Notes under the pieces: generated by a model
Seen by the model: only the letters and a program-made list of their open reading frames with translations
Databases searched by the model: none
What the model was told of the DNA's origin: nothing
From: Halobacteriales archaeon
GTDB taxonomy: Archaea > Halobacteriota > Halobacteria > Halobacteriales > Hikarchaeaceae
Assembly: GCA_042219475.1 (NCBI GenBank)
Contig: JBDGPX010000007.1
Coordinates: 30,433 to 94,432 of the forward strand
DNA: 64,000 nt
Direction: 5' to 3'
Part shown: piece after piece, positions 19,727-28,974 of the stretch
Layout: each line of letters opens with the position of its first letter
Numbering within the stretch: position 1 is the first letter of the stretch
Translations under genes and position numbers: made by a program

Positions 19727-19891
19727 GGTTATGGATGTTCTATGGATGATAGTGACGTCGGGCGCATCGTGGGTGCCGGGGGTGGAGCGTCCTCACAGCC
19801 CCGACATCCGATCATATTGATATCTGAGGTGAACCACCGGAATGAATGTGCGGGAATCGATGTGATGTCGGCGAGATCGATGATGACTTGA

Positions 19892-20776
19892 TTAGCCGGT
19901 GTATCCCAATGCTTCGGCCGCCCCGAAGTACCGCTCGACGATGATGATCGCGACTAGGACGATCACGATGTTGACCGTCGAGACGGCGGCGATCACCGGA
20001 CTGGCGCCGAAGGTCATCTGCGCGAAGATCCGTACCGGGATCGGGATCACCCCCGGCCCTTGGAGGAAGATCGCGATCTGAAGGTTCGCGTAGCTCACGA
20101 TAAACGAGAAGATGGCCGCCGTGAGCACGCCGGGGAGCAACGCCGGGAAGGTCACATACCGGAACGTCTGGATCTCATCGGCACCGAGATTCATCGCGGC
20201 TTCCTCGATGGAGCGATCGAAGTTGTACATCGTCGTGAGGATACTCCGCGTCGCGTATGGCGTCGCGTACACCGCGAGTGCGAGCGACAGCCCAAGCAGA
20301 TTGCCGACGAGTCCGAAGTTCTTCAGGAACAACAGCAACGCGAGCCCGAGGATGACCTGGGGGATCATCAGTGGCAGGAACGTCCCCGCATCAAGGAGAT
20401 CCCGACCGGCGAAATCGAACCGGCCGATGGCATAGGCTGCCGCCGAGGAGAGGGCGATCGCGATGACGGTCGCCAACAGTGAATACTGGAAGCTGACCAC
20501 GAACGATGAGATCCAGGTCGTTCGCGAGAGGATCTCGGCATACCATTTCAGCGTGATCGATTCCGGCGGGAACGCATAGAGGTCGGATGGGTTGAAGCTG
20601 ATGAGCACCGCGAAGACGACCGGCAACAACAGAAAGACGAACATGCTCACCAGGGTGACGATCCACAGCGCCTGGGCAAGCGAGACGCCACCCAGGGAGT
20701 GATCGAGATTGATCTTTCCGAGTACCCCGGCCAGCCGGAACGGTTTCGACCGACCGATGTCCGATTCGTTGCTCAT
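19892..20776 (-). CDS. ABC transporter permease (PotC-like)
   Basis: 294 aa, multi-TM. 4-nt overlap with the upstream permease gene. Confidence 0.85.
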   Translation of the reverse strand: MSNESDIGRSKPFRLAGVLGKINLDHSLGGVSLAQALWIVTLVSMFVFLLLPVVFAVLISFNPSDLYAFPPESITLKWYAEILSRTTWISSFVVSFQYSLLATVIAIALSSAAAYAIGRFDFAGRDLLDAGTFLPLMIPQVILGLALLLFLKNFGLVGNLLGLSLALAVYATPYATRSILTTMYNFDRSIEEAAMNLGADEIQTFRYVTFPALLPGVLTAAIFSFIVSYANLQIAIFLQGPGVIPIPVRIFAQMTFGASPVIAAVSTVNIVIVLVAIIIVERYFGAAEALGYTG

Positions 20777-21729
20777 AGCATCCCCCCGCTTTCGGTGTAT
20801 TGGAGGTTGACGACTTTCCGATAGATGTAGACGAAGACGATCGAGACGAACAACAGCACGAACGACATCGCGGCCCCGAGCGGCCAGTTCAGGTCAGTCG
20901 TCGCGACACTGTAAATGAACGGCGCGATCATGCCGACCTCCGGCATGCCGATGAACACCGCCGTGGCGAAGGTCCCCATCGTGAGGACAAAGGCGATCAG
21001 CGTCGCGCCGACGACGCCGGGCAACGACAGTGGGAAGGTCACATACATAAACGTCTGCAGGCGATTCCCGCCGAGATTGTACGCGGCCTCGATGATCTCC
21101 TCATCGATCGTATAGAGGACGCTCATCAGGATGAGCACCGCAAAGGGCATCAGGACCGACGAGATCGCGATCACGAGCCCGGGTTTGGTGTTGAGCAACG
21201 TATAGCGCATTCCGAACACCCCGAGGATCTGGTTGATGACGCCGCTGCTCCCCATCAGCGCAAACCAGCCGAACGCACGGACCACGTTCCCCACGAGGAG
21301 GGGCGCAATCACCAGCAGAATGAGCGCTTTCGCGTAGGCCCAGTTCGAGAAGACGATGAAGTACGCCACCGGATAGCTGACGACGATCGTAAACAGCGTC
21401 GAGATGAGGCTGATCTCCACGGTGGTATAGAGCGTATTCATATAGAGGCTTGAGTTGAAGAACCGGATGTAGTTCTCCACCGTCAGCACCGGCTCCATCG
21501 TCGCCGTGGGGACGTTCGTAAAGAAGCTCACCAAGAGCATATATGCGATCGGGATCGCGAAGAAGATCGCCATGTAAAGCAGATACGGCCCCGCCAACAG
21601 ATACGCCGCATAGGGGCGGTCCTTGTGCTTTTGGATAAACACGCGCAGTCGTTCGTGGATGCGGGCGCCGATTGATCCGGTGGGACCGCCAACCGGCTCG
21701 GCAGCCGCTCCGGCGGTCTCGTCGCTCAC
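20773..21729 (-). CDS. ABC transporter permease (PotB-like)
   Basis: 318 aa, multi-TM. 4-nt overlap with the ATPase gene. Confidence 0.85.
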   Translation of the reverse strand: MSDETAGAAAEPVGGPTGSIGARIHERLRVFIQKHKDRPYAAYLLAGPYLLYMAIFFAIPIAYMLLVSFFTNVPTATMEPVLTVENYIRFFNSSLYMNTLYTTVEISLISTLFTIVVSYPVAYFIVFSNWAYAKALILLVIAPLLVGNVVRAFGWFALMGSSGVINQILGVFGMRYTLLNTKPGLVIAISSVLMPFAVLILMSVLYTIDEEIIEAAYNLGGNRLQTFMYVTFPLSLPGVVGATLIAFVLTMGTFATAVFIGMPEVGMIAPFIYSVATTDLNWPLGAAMSFVLLFVSIVFVYIYRKVVNLQYTESGGML

Positions 21730-22841
21730 GCTCGACCACCCGGGATCGCGAACGGGGTATCGGGGCTGAAGCTCAATGTTATCTCGTCGCCCTGTGTGAA
21801 GCCCATCTCCCGTTCGATGTTCTGTTGGACGGCTTGCAGTTCCTGACCGGCGGCAGTAACGAAGTAGTCGACCCGTGAACCGAGATAGGTTGCCTCCCGG
21901 ATCTCGCCCATCATCGTATTTGCCGCGTCGCCATCGTAATCCGGGCCATGGATCGAGAACCGTTCGGGTCGGAACAACAGCGTCACCGCCCGTCCGGTCG
22001 AGAGATCGATGCGGTCAGCTGTCGACTTGTCCAATGTAAAGTGCGGGCCGTCAGGGATTTCCACCGTATACGTTCCATCGCTGATGGCAGTGATTTCGCC
22101 GGTCAAGAGGTTGGCGTTGCCGATAAAATCGGCGACGAACTCGTCGTTTGGCTCCTGATAGACTTCCTCCGGCGTCCCGACCTGGTGGATCTTTCCCTCG
22201 GACATGACCGCCATCCGATCCGAGATCGTCAGCGCCTCTTCCTGGTTGTGTGTCACATAGACCATCGTGACGTCCAGTTCACGGTGTAGACGGAGGATCT
22301 CCAAGCGCATCTCCTCGCGGAGTTTCTTGTCAAGATCCGACAGTGGTTCGTCGAGCAGCATGACCGACGGTTCGATAACCAGCGCCCGTGCGAGCGCGAC
22401 GCGCTGTTGTTGGCCACCCGAAAGCTCCGATGGGTATCGATCGCCGAGTCCCTCGAGACGGACCATCGCGAGGGCATCCTCGACCCGTTCATCGATCTCG
22501 GCGTCAGGCAGGCCTTCCATTTCGAGACCGAAGGCGATATTGTCCGCTACCGTCATGTGGGGAAACAGCGCATAATGCTGGAAGACCATCCCCGTATCAC
22601 GACTATAGGCGGGCGTGTTCGTAACCGACTGCTGGTTGATCAAAACGCTGCCGTCAGTGGGTTTCTCGAACCCAGCGATCATCCGTAACGTCGTCGTCTT
22701 GCCACAGCCTGACGGCCCAAGCAGGGTCAACAATTCGCCCTCGCGGATTTCGAGGTCGATGTCGTCGACTGCGGTGACGTCGCGGAATTGTTTCGTCAGG
22801 TCCTGCAGTTCGACGACTGAGGACGGCTGAGCAGCACACAT
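21726..22841 (-). CDS. ABC transporter ATP-binding protein (PotA-like, with C-terminal regulatory/OB domain)
   Basis: Walker A GPSGCGKTT, signature LSGGQQQRVALARAL, Walker B MLLDEPLS. Confidence 0.9.
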   Translation of the reverse strand: MCAAQPSSVVELQDLTKQFRDVTAVDDIDLEIREGELLTLLGPSGCGKTTTLRMIAGFEKPTDGSVLINQQSVTNTPAYSRDTGMVFQHYALFPHMTVADNIAFGLEMEGLPDAEIDERVEDALAMVRLEGLGDRYPSELSGGQQQRVALARALVIEPSVMLLDEPLSDLDKKLREEMRLEILRLHRELDVTMVYVTHNQEEALTISDRMAVMSEGKIHQVGTPEEVYQEPNDEFVADFIGNANLLTGEITAISDGTYTVEIPDGPHFTLDKSTADRIDLSTGRAVTLLFRPERFSIHGPDYDGDAANTMMGEIREATYLGSRVDYFVTAAGQELQAVQQNIEREMGFTQGDEITLSFSPDTPFAIPGGRA

Positions 22842-22923
22842 GGGAGTTAGGTCTGTAAGTGTTGGTGTAGGGAGTTAATCGTAACGTGATCGTTCTCTCC
22901 AAGCGTAATGGTGGGCCGATCGA

Positions 22924-24012
22924 TCAGCTGTATTTATTGATGATCGTGTTTGCCCGCTCACGCCAGTCGGCCCGCCGCTCGGCGATCCAGTCGAAGTCCG
23001 GTACGTTCAGGTTTTCGAGGTCCTCCGACTGGACGAGTTTGTCCTCGATATCAGATGGGTATTCCGCCGACGGGTTCGGGTTGGTGTAGAACATGTTCTT
23101 CGCGATCACCTTGGCGGCATTGTTCTGCAGCGTCCGGTCGATGAATTTCCCGGCCCACTCGATTTTGTTCTCCGGGATGTTCTTCGGGATCGCGTTGCCG
23201 AAGTTCGTCGTCATCGCACCCTCTTTTGGAATCGTACTCGTCACCGGCTTTCCTTCTGAATTCCACTGGGCGGCCCGGGCCGACCAGTAGCGCCCACCGA
23301 TGACCTCCTCTTGGGCGAAGAGCTTGCCGTATTCCTCACTGGAGGTGACATAGACGGGATTCATCGTCTTGACGACCTCCTCGTACATCGAGAACGCCTT
23401 GTCGACGGCCTTGAACGATTCGCCACCAGTCTGGGCCAACGAGAACGCAAGCACGTCGTGGGTGGGATCCTCCGAGAAGAGACCGACCTTTCCTTTATAA
23501 TCGGTATTGAGATAGATATCTTTCCAGGATTCCGGCTCGGAACTCACCTGATTGGGGTTGTACAACAGGGCGCTGGCGGCGAAAATCTGCAACACCCAGT
23601 CCTCGCCCTTGAAGTTGTCCGGGATATCCGGGTACGTCGGGACGATGTCACCATCGAGATCGAGCCAGAGATCGGAACTCGCCCCGCGTACCAATCCGGC
23701 GCCGTCCTGCTGGGAGACATCAACCGGCGGGTTGTTCTTCTGCGCGATGATCTTGTTGAGTCGTTCGGTGTTGTCACCGAGGACGTACTCGACACTGATG
23801 TCGGTCTCCTCTTCATAGGGCTCGACGACCGCCTTGATCATCAGATCCTGCCAGGTCCCACCCCACGTACCGAGAGTGAGGCTGCTAGGTTTCCCGCCCC
23901 CGCCACCACCGATCCCGCCGGCACAGCCGGCCAGACCGAGCGTCGCCGCGGCACTCCCGAACGCACCGGCACGTTTCAAATACTCTCTCCGAAGCATGCG
24001 TTGCCGTGACAT
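22924..24012 (-). CDS. ABC transporter substrate-binding lipoprotein (PotD/PotF-like) with Tat signal
   Basis: From ATG 24012: MSRQRMLRREYLKRAGAFGSAAATLGLAGCAG, which gives a twin-arginine motif plus a lipobox Cys. Periplasmic-binding-protein-like remainder. Confidence 0.85.
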   Translation of the reverse strand: MSRQRMLRREYLKRAGAFGSAAATLGLAGCAGGIGGGGGGKPSSLTLGTWGGTWQDLMIKAVVEPYEEETDISVEYVLGDNTERLNKIIAQKNNPPVDVSQQDGAGLVRGASSDLWLDLDGDIVPTYPDIPDNFKGEDWVLQIFAASALLYNPNQVSSEPESWKDIYLNTDYKGKVGLFSEDPTHDVLAFSLAQTGGESFKAVDKAFSMYEEVVKTMNPVYVTSSEEYGKLFAQEEVIGGRYWSARAAQWNSEGKPVTSTIPKEGAMTTNFGNAIPKNIPENKIEWAGKFIDRTLQNNAAKVIAKNMFYTNPNPSAEYPSDIEDKLVQSEDLENLNVPDFDWIAERRADWRERANTIINKYS

Positions 24013-24238
24013 GATGCAAATATTGCTTATTGTTATAGCATACTTAATGATACTGTATCTCGAACCGGATGCGGCCATCGCTGGGGAGTCTAATCAGCGA
24101 TATCGTTGGTTACGGCCTCTCATCCGACTTCGTACTCCATTCAGGTGTAGGTCGCGGATGGCATCGATCGGTGTCGTGGATCGGACCGTCGACGATCAAT
24201 CCATGATTTAAGGGCTGTGCTGACGAGATACTGGCGTG

Positions 24239-25429
24239 ATGGAACCCGACAAACTCAGGATTCCGCCATCGGAGCACCGCGAACGAATGGATGCCGTCCT
24301 CGAAGCGGCACAGGACGATGGGTACGATGGTGTCGTCCTCTTTGGCGCCCTGGATATCCACTACGTCAGCGGTATGTATCACCTTCCGACCGAACGCCCC
24401 GTCGTGCTCGGCGTCACGGATGCGGGATCCCAAATCGTCGTGCCCCGGCTCGAACAGGAACACGCCGAACGGGATGATTTCATCATCGACGATGTCCACG
24501 TCTATTTCGATTATCCCCAGGGTGAACCGATGGAACGGGTCGCCGAGATGTGTGCCGAGCTCGGCCTCGATTCCGGACGTGTCGCCGCCGACGCCGATGG
24601 GAGCCCATCCCGGAACGGCTACGAGGGGCCGGCGTTGTCGGAGGTCATCGACGCCGACGTCGGTGTCGAGGACTACATCACCGACATGCGGGAGGTCAAA
24701 AGCGACACCGAAATCGATCTCATTCGCGAAGCGAGTGTTTGGTCGAATCTCGGTCACCGGATGCTTCAAGAGAAGATCGATGTCGGACGGTATCCGGCCG
24801 TGATCAGCGCGGAGGTCGAAGCCGAAGGCACCAAGGCCATGCTCGACACCCTCGGCGATCGGTACGAGATGATGGATTGGTCGAGCCCGATGATGTGCAA
24901 ATTCACGGCCGGGGAGATCACCGCACTCCCCCACAGCGTCGACCAGACGACCCGCATCGAGCCGGGGGACAACATCGTCACGGTCGTCAAGCCGCATGTG
25001 GGCGGGTACACGACCGAGCTCGAACGAACGATGATCGTTGGCGAACCAAGCGCCGAACAACGGGATTATTTCGAGATCATGCAGGAATCCCAGGAGATCG
25101 CGATCGACGCCATCGCGCCCGGTGTCGAGTACGCCTACGTCGAGGAAGCGGTCGTCGACTACTACGAGGAACAGGGCGTCAACAACTACACCCAACACCA
25201 CATCGGTCACAACATCGGTATGGAGGGCCACGAGCGGCCCTTCCTCGACATCGGGTACGATGGTGAACTCCGGCAGGGGGAACTCTACACTGTTGAACCG
25301 GGATTTTACGTCCCGGAGATCGGCGGATTCCGTCACTCCGATACGGTGTTGGTAACCGGCGATGGCACCGAGACGCTGACGTATTACCCGCGTGATCTCG
25401 AGAGCCTGACCATCGATATCGATGCGTGA
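24239..25429 (+). CDS. atypical M24-fold hydrolase (creatinase/prolidase-like), paralog a
   Basis: 396 aa. Retains HHIGHNIGMEGHERP and TVEPG. The canonical ligand positions read V, E and S (GDNIVTVVKPHVGGYTTELERT; GGFRHSD). TTTAAG box about 30 nt upstream of the ATG. Confidence 0.8.
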   Translation: MEPDKLRIPPSEHRERMDAVLEAAQDDGYDGVVLFGALDIHYVSGMYHLPTERPVVLGVTDAGSQIVVPRLEQEHAERDDFIIDDVHVYFDYPQGEPMERVAEMCAELGLDSGRVAADADGSPSRNGYEGPALSEVIDADVGVEDYITDMREVKSDTEIDLIREASVWSNLGHRMLQEKIDVGRYPAVISAEVEAEGTKAMLDTLGDRYEMMDWSSPMMCKFTAGEITALPHSVDQTTRIEPGDNIVTVVKPHVGGYTTELERTMIVGEPSAEQRDYFEIMQESQEIAIDAIAPGVEYAYVEEAVVDYYEEQGVNNYTQHHIGHNIGMEGHERPFLDIGYDGELRQGELYTVEPGFYVPEIGGFRHSDTVLVTGDGTETLTYYPRDLESLTIDIDA

Positions 25430-26582
25430 ACTCGCCCCCTCTCCGGCCGATCGGTTCGTCGATCCCGACCGCTTCGATCGAATCCGAACGGCCCTGACGG
25501 AGAGCAATCTCGATGGGTTGGTCGGCCTCTCGCCGGCGAACTCGTATTACCTCACCGGCGTCTACGCCGGGATGTACTCCCGACCGGTCGTCGGCGTCGT
25601 CACCGATCGGACGAGCGCGTTCGGCGGTCCCCGACTCGAAGCCCGCAAGGCCGAACGGACCGGATGGGTCGATCGGGCAGTCGTCTACGAGGACGCTGAC
25701 GATCCGTTCGACGTATTGGCCAGTATTATCCCCGACAATGTCGACCGGATCGGGTACGATCAGGCCTACGCCCGTCCCGGCTGGATCGACGAACTCGACG
25801 CTCGACTCGATGTCGCGTTCGTCGATGCGACCGATACCTTCCTCGACTGTCGGATGATCAAAACCGAGTGGGAACTCGAGATGATGCGTCGGACCGCCGA
25901 CCTGGCGGGGGCGGGCATCGAGGCCTACACCGATGCTGTGGCTGCTGGCCGACCGGAACTCGACGTGGTGGATGCCATTCAGGATGCGTTTTATGAGACT
26001 TACCTCGACCAGCATCCGGAATACGACATCGGCACGGCCAACGAACTGGGCCAATACGGCTTCGCGAGCGTGCTGTCGGGCGGTCACGCCCTCGAACCCC
26101 ACAGCATTTCCTCGGCCAAACCGATCGAGGACGGCGAGACCGTCGTCGGCATTGCGCTTCCATCACTGCAGGGCTACGTCTGTGAGGAGGAACGGACCGT
26201 GTTGGTCGGCGATGTTGACGCCGATATCGTCGAAGCGATGGAGACGCTCGTCCGGGTGCGCCGGGAGACAATGGATCTCCTCGAGGCCGGACGGGGGACC
26301 GACGAGATCGATGACTGGACCGCGACCGAGCTTCGAGACGCCGGCTACGGCGAGCATATCATCCACCGTACTGGCCATGGCGAGGGGATCACGATCCACG
26401 AGGGTCCGGCGTTGAACGCCCGGGAATCCGGCCAGCTCGAACCCGGCATGGTGATCAGTGTCGAACCGGGGCTGTACTTCCCCGACCGTGACGTTGCCCT
26501 GCGACATTCGGATACGTTCATCATCACCGACACCGGGGCCGAACGGCTCACACACACCGACGACGGCGTCCGTCGCGCCTGA
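25422..26582 (+). CDS. atypical M24-fold hydrolase (creatinase/prolidase-like), paralog b
   Basis: 386 aa. The start overlaps the paralog-a stop by 8 nt (ATGCGTGA). Same substitution pattern (GETVVGIALPSLQGYVCEEERT; ALRHSD), with HRTGHGEG and SVEPG retained. Confidence 0.8.
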   Translation: MRELAPSPADRFVDPDRFDRIRTALTESNLDGLVGLSPANSYYLTGVYAGMYSRPVVGVVTDRTSAFGGPRLEARKAERTGWVDRAVVYEDADDPFDVLASIIPDNVDRIGYDQAYARPGWIDELDARLDVAFVDATDTFLDCRMIKTEWELEMMRRTADLAGAGIEAYTDAVAAGRPELDVVDAIQDAFYETYLDQHPEYDIGTANELGQYGFASVLSGGHALEPHSISSAKPIEDGETVVGIALPSLQGYVCEEERTVLVGDVDADIVEAMETLVRVRRETMDLLEAGRGTDEIDDWTATELRDAGYGEHIIHRTGHGEGITIHEGPALNARESGQLEPGMVISVEPGLYFPDRDVALRHSDTFIITDTGAERLTHTDDGVRRA

Positions 26583-26587
26583 CACCC

Positions 26588-27772
26588 ATGGCCACGTTCG
26601 ATCTCCTCTTACACGGCGATTGCTGGGATGCCGATCGGGGTCGACGATCGGATCGCTGGCTGGCGATCGACGACGGCGTTATCGCCGGCTGTTTTCGCGA
26701 GAAACCCGGTGACGCTGCCCTCGAACGGTCGGTTTCGCTCATCACTCCCGGGCTGATCGACATGCACGTCCATCTCGTCTGGGATGGCAGTGCGGATCCG
26801 GTCGCGACGCTCCGGTCGGAATCCGAACAGGCCCTGCTGATCCGCGCGTTGGAGAACGGCCGTACCCAACTTCGTCACGGCGTCACGACGGTCCGTGATG
26901 TCGGCAGTGTCGCCGATATCGCTATTACTGTTGCGACGGCGATCCGACGGGACCGACTGTTCGGGCCGCGGACGTTCGCCAGCGGCCGAACCGTGATCAT
27001 CACCGCCGGTCACGATCCGTTCTGGGGGATCATGAGCGACGGTCCCGATGCCTGCCGGCAGGCGGTGCGGGAGCTACGGGGCGCTGGCGCCGACCTGATC
27101 AAGGTCTCGGCGACCGGCGGCGTCTACGGTCAGGCCATCGGCGAGGAGCCCGGGGCGACCGAATTAACGCGGGCCGAACTCGAAGCGGTCGTCGACGAGG
27201 CGGCCCGGTTTGATCTCCCCGTTGCGGCCCATGCTGTCGGCCAGGACGGAATCGAGAACGCGGTCGCCGTCGGCGTGGATACGATCGAACACGGCAACCT
27301 CATGGCCGACAGGACGCTCGACCGGCTGATCGACGCCGATATCGCCTATGACCCAACGCTATACGTCTATCGGGAGATCGCTCACTCCGATACGGCGCCG
27401 GCCTACGCCCGGGCGAACGCCCAAGCGGTATTCGAACGACATTGGGAAGTCGCCCGGCGCGCGATCGCCGAAGACGCCCGGATTATCGCCGGGAGCGATG
27501 CGGGCTCCCCGGGTACCCCGCATCCAAGTCTCCACCGCGAACTGACCTGTTTAGTCGAGGCTGGTATGGACGAGACGGCCGCGTTGACAGCGGCGACACA
27601 GACGCCGGCGGCCGAACTCGGCCGTCCCAAACTGGGCACGCTTGAGACAGGAACGCCGGCGGATGTCCTCGGGTTCGATGACGATCCCCTCGTCGACATC
27701 GGTGTCACCGCCTCACCGACGGTCGTGGTCCGGGACGGCGACCCCGCGTTCTATCCTGATCTGCCGGTGTGA
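26588..27772 (+). CDS. amidohydrolase superfamily protein (imidazolonepropionase/prolidase-like branch)
   Basis: 394 aa. PGLIDMHVHLVWDG metal motif, KVSATGGV, AAHAVG, IEHG, AGSDAG. Starts 5 nt after the M24b stop. Confidence 0.8.
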   Translation: MATFDLLLHGDCWDADRGRRSDRWLAIDDGVIAGCFREKPGDAALERSVSLITPGLIDMHVHLVWDGSADPVATLRSESEQALLIRALENGRTQLRHGVTTVRDVGSVADIAITVATAIRRDRLFGPRTFASGRTVIITAGHDPFWGIMSDGPDACRQAVRELRGAGADLIKVSATGGVYGQAIGEEPGATELTRAELEAVVDEAARFDLPVAAHAVGQDGIENAVAVGVDTIEHGNLMADRTLDRLIDADIAYDPTLYVYREIAHSDTAPAYARANAQAVFERHWEVARRAIAEDARIIAGSDAGSPGTPHPSLHRELTCLVEAGMDETAALTAATQTPAAELGRPKLGTLETGTPADVLGFDDDPLVDIGVTASPTVVVRDGDPAFYPDLPV

Positions 27773-27817
27773 CTGGACCGCACTCGACGGATCGGGCGAA
27801 ACGGCAGTCACGGCCGA

Positions 27818-28930
27818 TCAGAGGATCCGGAGCTCCCGGGGGAATCCCGTGAGCACCTCGGCCCCCTCCTCCGTAAGAACGACGTCGTCCTCGATCCGTA
27901 CGCCGCCGAACTCCTCGACATAGACGCCCGGTTCGACGGTAAACGCGTTGCCGATCACCAGGGGTGTCTCGTTCCCCTCGACCAGATACGGTGGTTCGTG
28001 ACCTTCGAGTCCGAGACCATGGCCGAGTCGGTGGGTGAAGTACTCCCCGTAGCCGGCCTCTTCGATGACCTCGCGAGCGGCACGATCAAGCGCCTGGAGT
28101 TCGACGCCTTCTTCGACAGCTTCCCGTCCTGCTCGGGCGCCCTCCCGGACGACCTCGTAGATCTCGCGGAATTCCTCGTCAGGCTCGCCGACGTTGAACG
28201 TGCGGGTGATGTCGGAATAATACCCCTTACAGACGACGCCTGCGTCGATCATCAGCGGATCCCCATCCTCGATCTCACGCTCGCCGGTGTTGGTGTGTGG
28301 TTTCGCCGTGTTCGGCCCACTCGTCACGATGAGTACACCCAATTCATCGGCCCGACTGTCGATCGCTCGCTTCTCGATATCGCGGGCGACATCACGCTCG
28401 GTCATCCCCGGTTCGACGGTTTCGATAGTCGCCGCCAGGATGTCGTCAATGATCGATGCGGCCTCCCGCATGTGCTCGATCTCCTGATCGTCCTTGCGGG
28501 CCCGCAATGAAGCGATCGCGTCCTCGGCATCGACGATTTCTCCCCACTCGAAGGCGTCGGCGATCAGTTCGTACTCAAGCAGGCGGGTCGAGCGGTATTC
28601 CATACCGACCCGACCGGTGATGGTACGGTCTACCTGGAGTTCCTCGAACGCGTCGCGGGCAGCTTCAAGTGGATCAGTCGCGTCCGTATAGATGAAAAAT
28701 TCGGTAGCCTCTCCGAGGGCATCCCGCACTCGGCTCGTCTCGAGGGCCGGTAACACGACTGCCGGTGGCTGGTCTCGCTGTAAGACCAGCACGGTCGGCC
28801 GTTCACTCTGATGCATCTCCAGTCCGGTGAAGTACCGCATCGTCCGGCTCGGCGGAATCATCACCGCCTCGATCGCACTATCGAGTGTTTCGAACAGCCG
28901 TTCGCGTCGGTCTGCATGGATCTCGGCCAT
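27818..28930 (-). CDS. pepQ: Xaa-Pro dipeptidase/aminopeptidase (canonical M24B, PepQ-like)
   Basis: All five canonical ligand motifs are present: GDPLMIDAGVVCKGYYSDITRT, HRLGHGLGLEGHEPP, FTVEPGVY, GGVRIEDDV. ATG 28930 preferred over the upstream start at 28975. Confidence 0.85.
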   Translation of the reverse strand: MAEIHADRRERLFETLDSAIEAVMIPPSRTMRYFTGLEMHQSERPTVLVLQRDQPPAVVLPALETSRVRDALGEATEFFIYTDATDPLEAARDAFEELQVDRTITGRVGMEYRSTRLLEYELIADAFEWGEIVDAEDAIASLRARKDDQEIEHMREAASIIDDILAATIETVEPGMTERDVARDIEKRAIDSRADELGVLIVTSGPNTAKPHTNTGEREIEDGDPLMIDAGVVCKGYYSDITRTFNVGEPDEEFREIYEVVREGARAGREAVEEGVELQALDRAAREVIEEAGYGEYFTHRLGHGLGLEGHEPPYLVEGNETPLVIGNAFTVEPGVYVEEFGGVRIEDDVVLTEEGAEVLTGFPRELRIL

Positions 28931-28974
28931 CGTCTGAGAATCCGCTATTCGGCACCTAAACCTTTCCACTCTCA

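Noticed and set aside
24110-25507. 465-aa minus-strand ORF across the M24a gene, and similar long antisense ORFs at 35779-37170, 42835-44109, 10282-11574, 15411-16472 and 62184-62776
   Set aside because: Each lies opposite a gene with clear family motifs and has an atypical (basic, Arg/Gly-rich) composition for a haloarchaeal protein. Treated as high-GC shadow ORFs.
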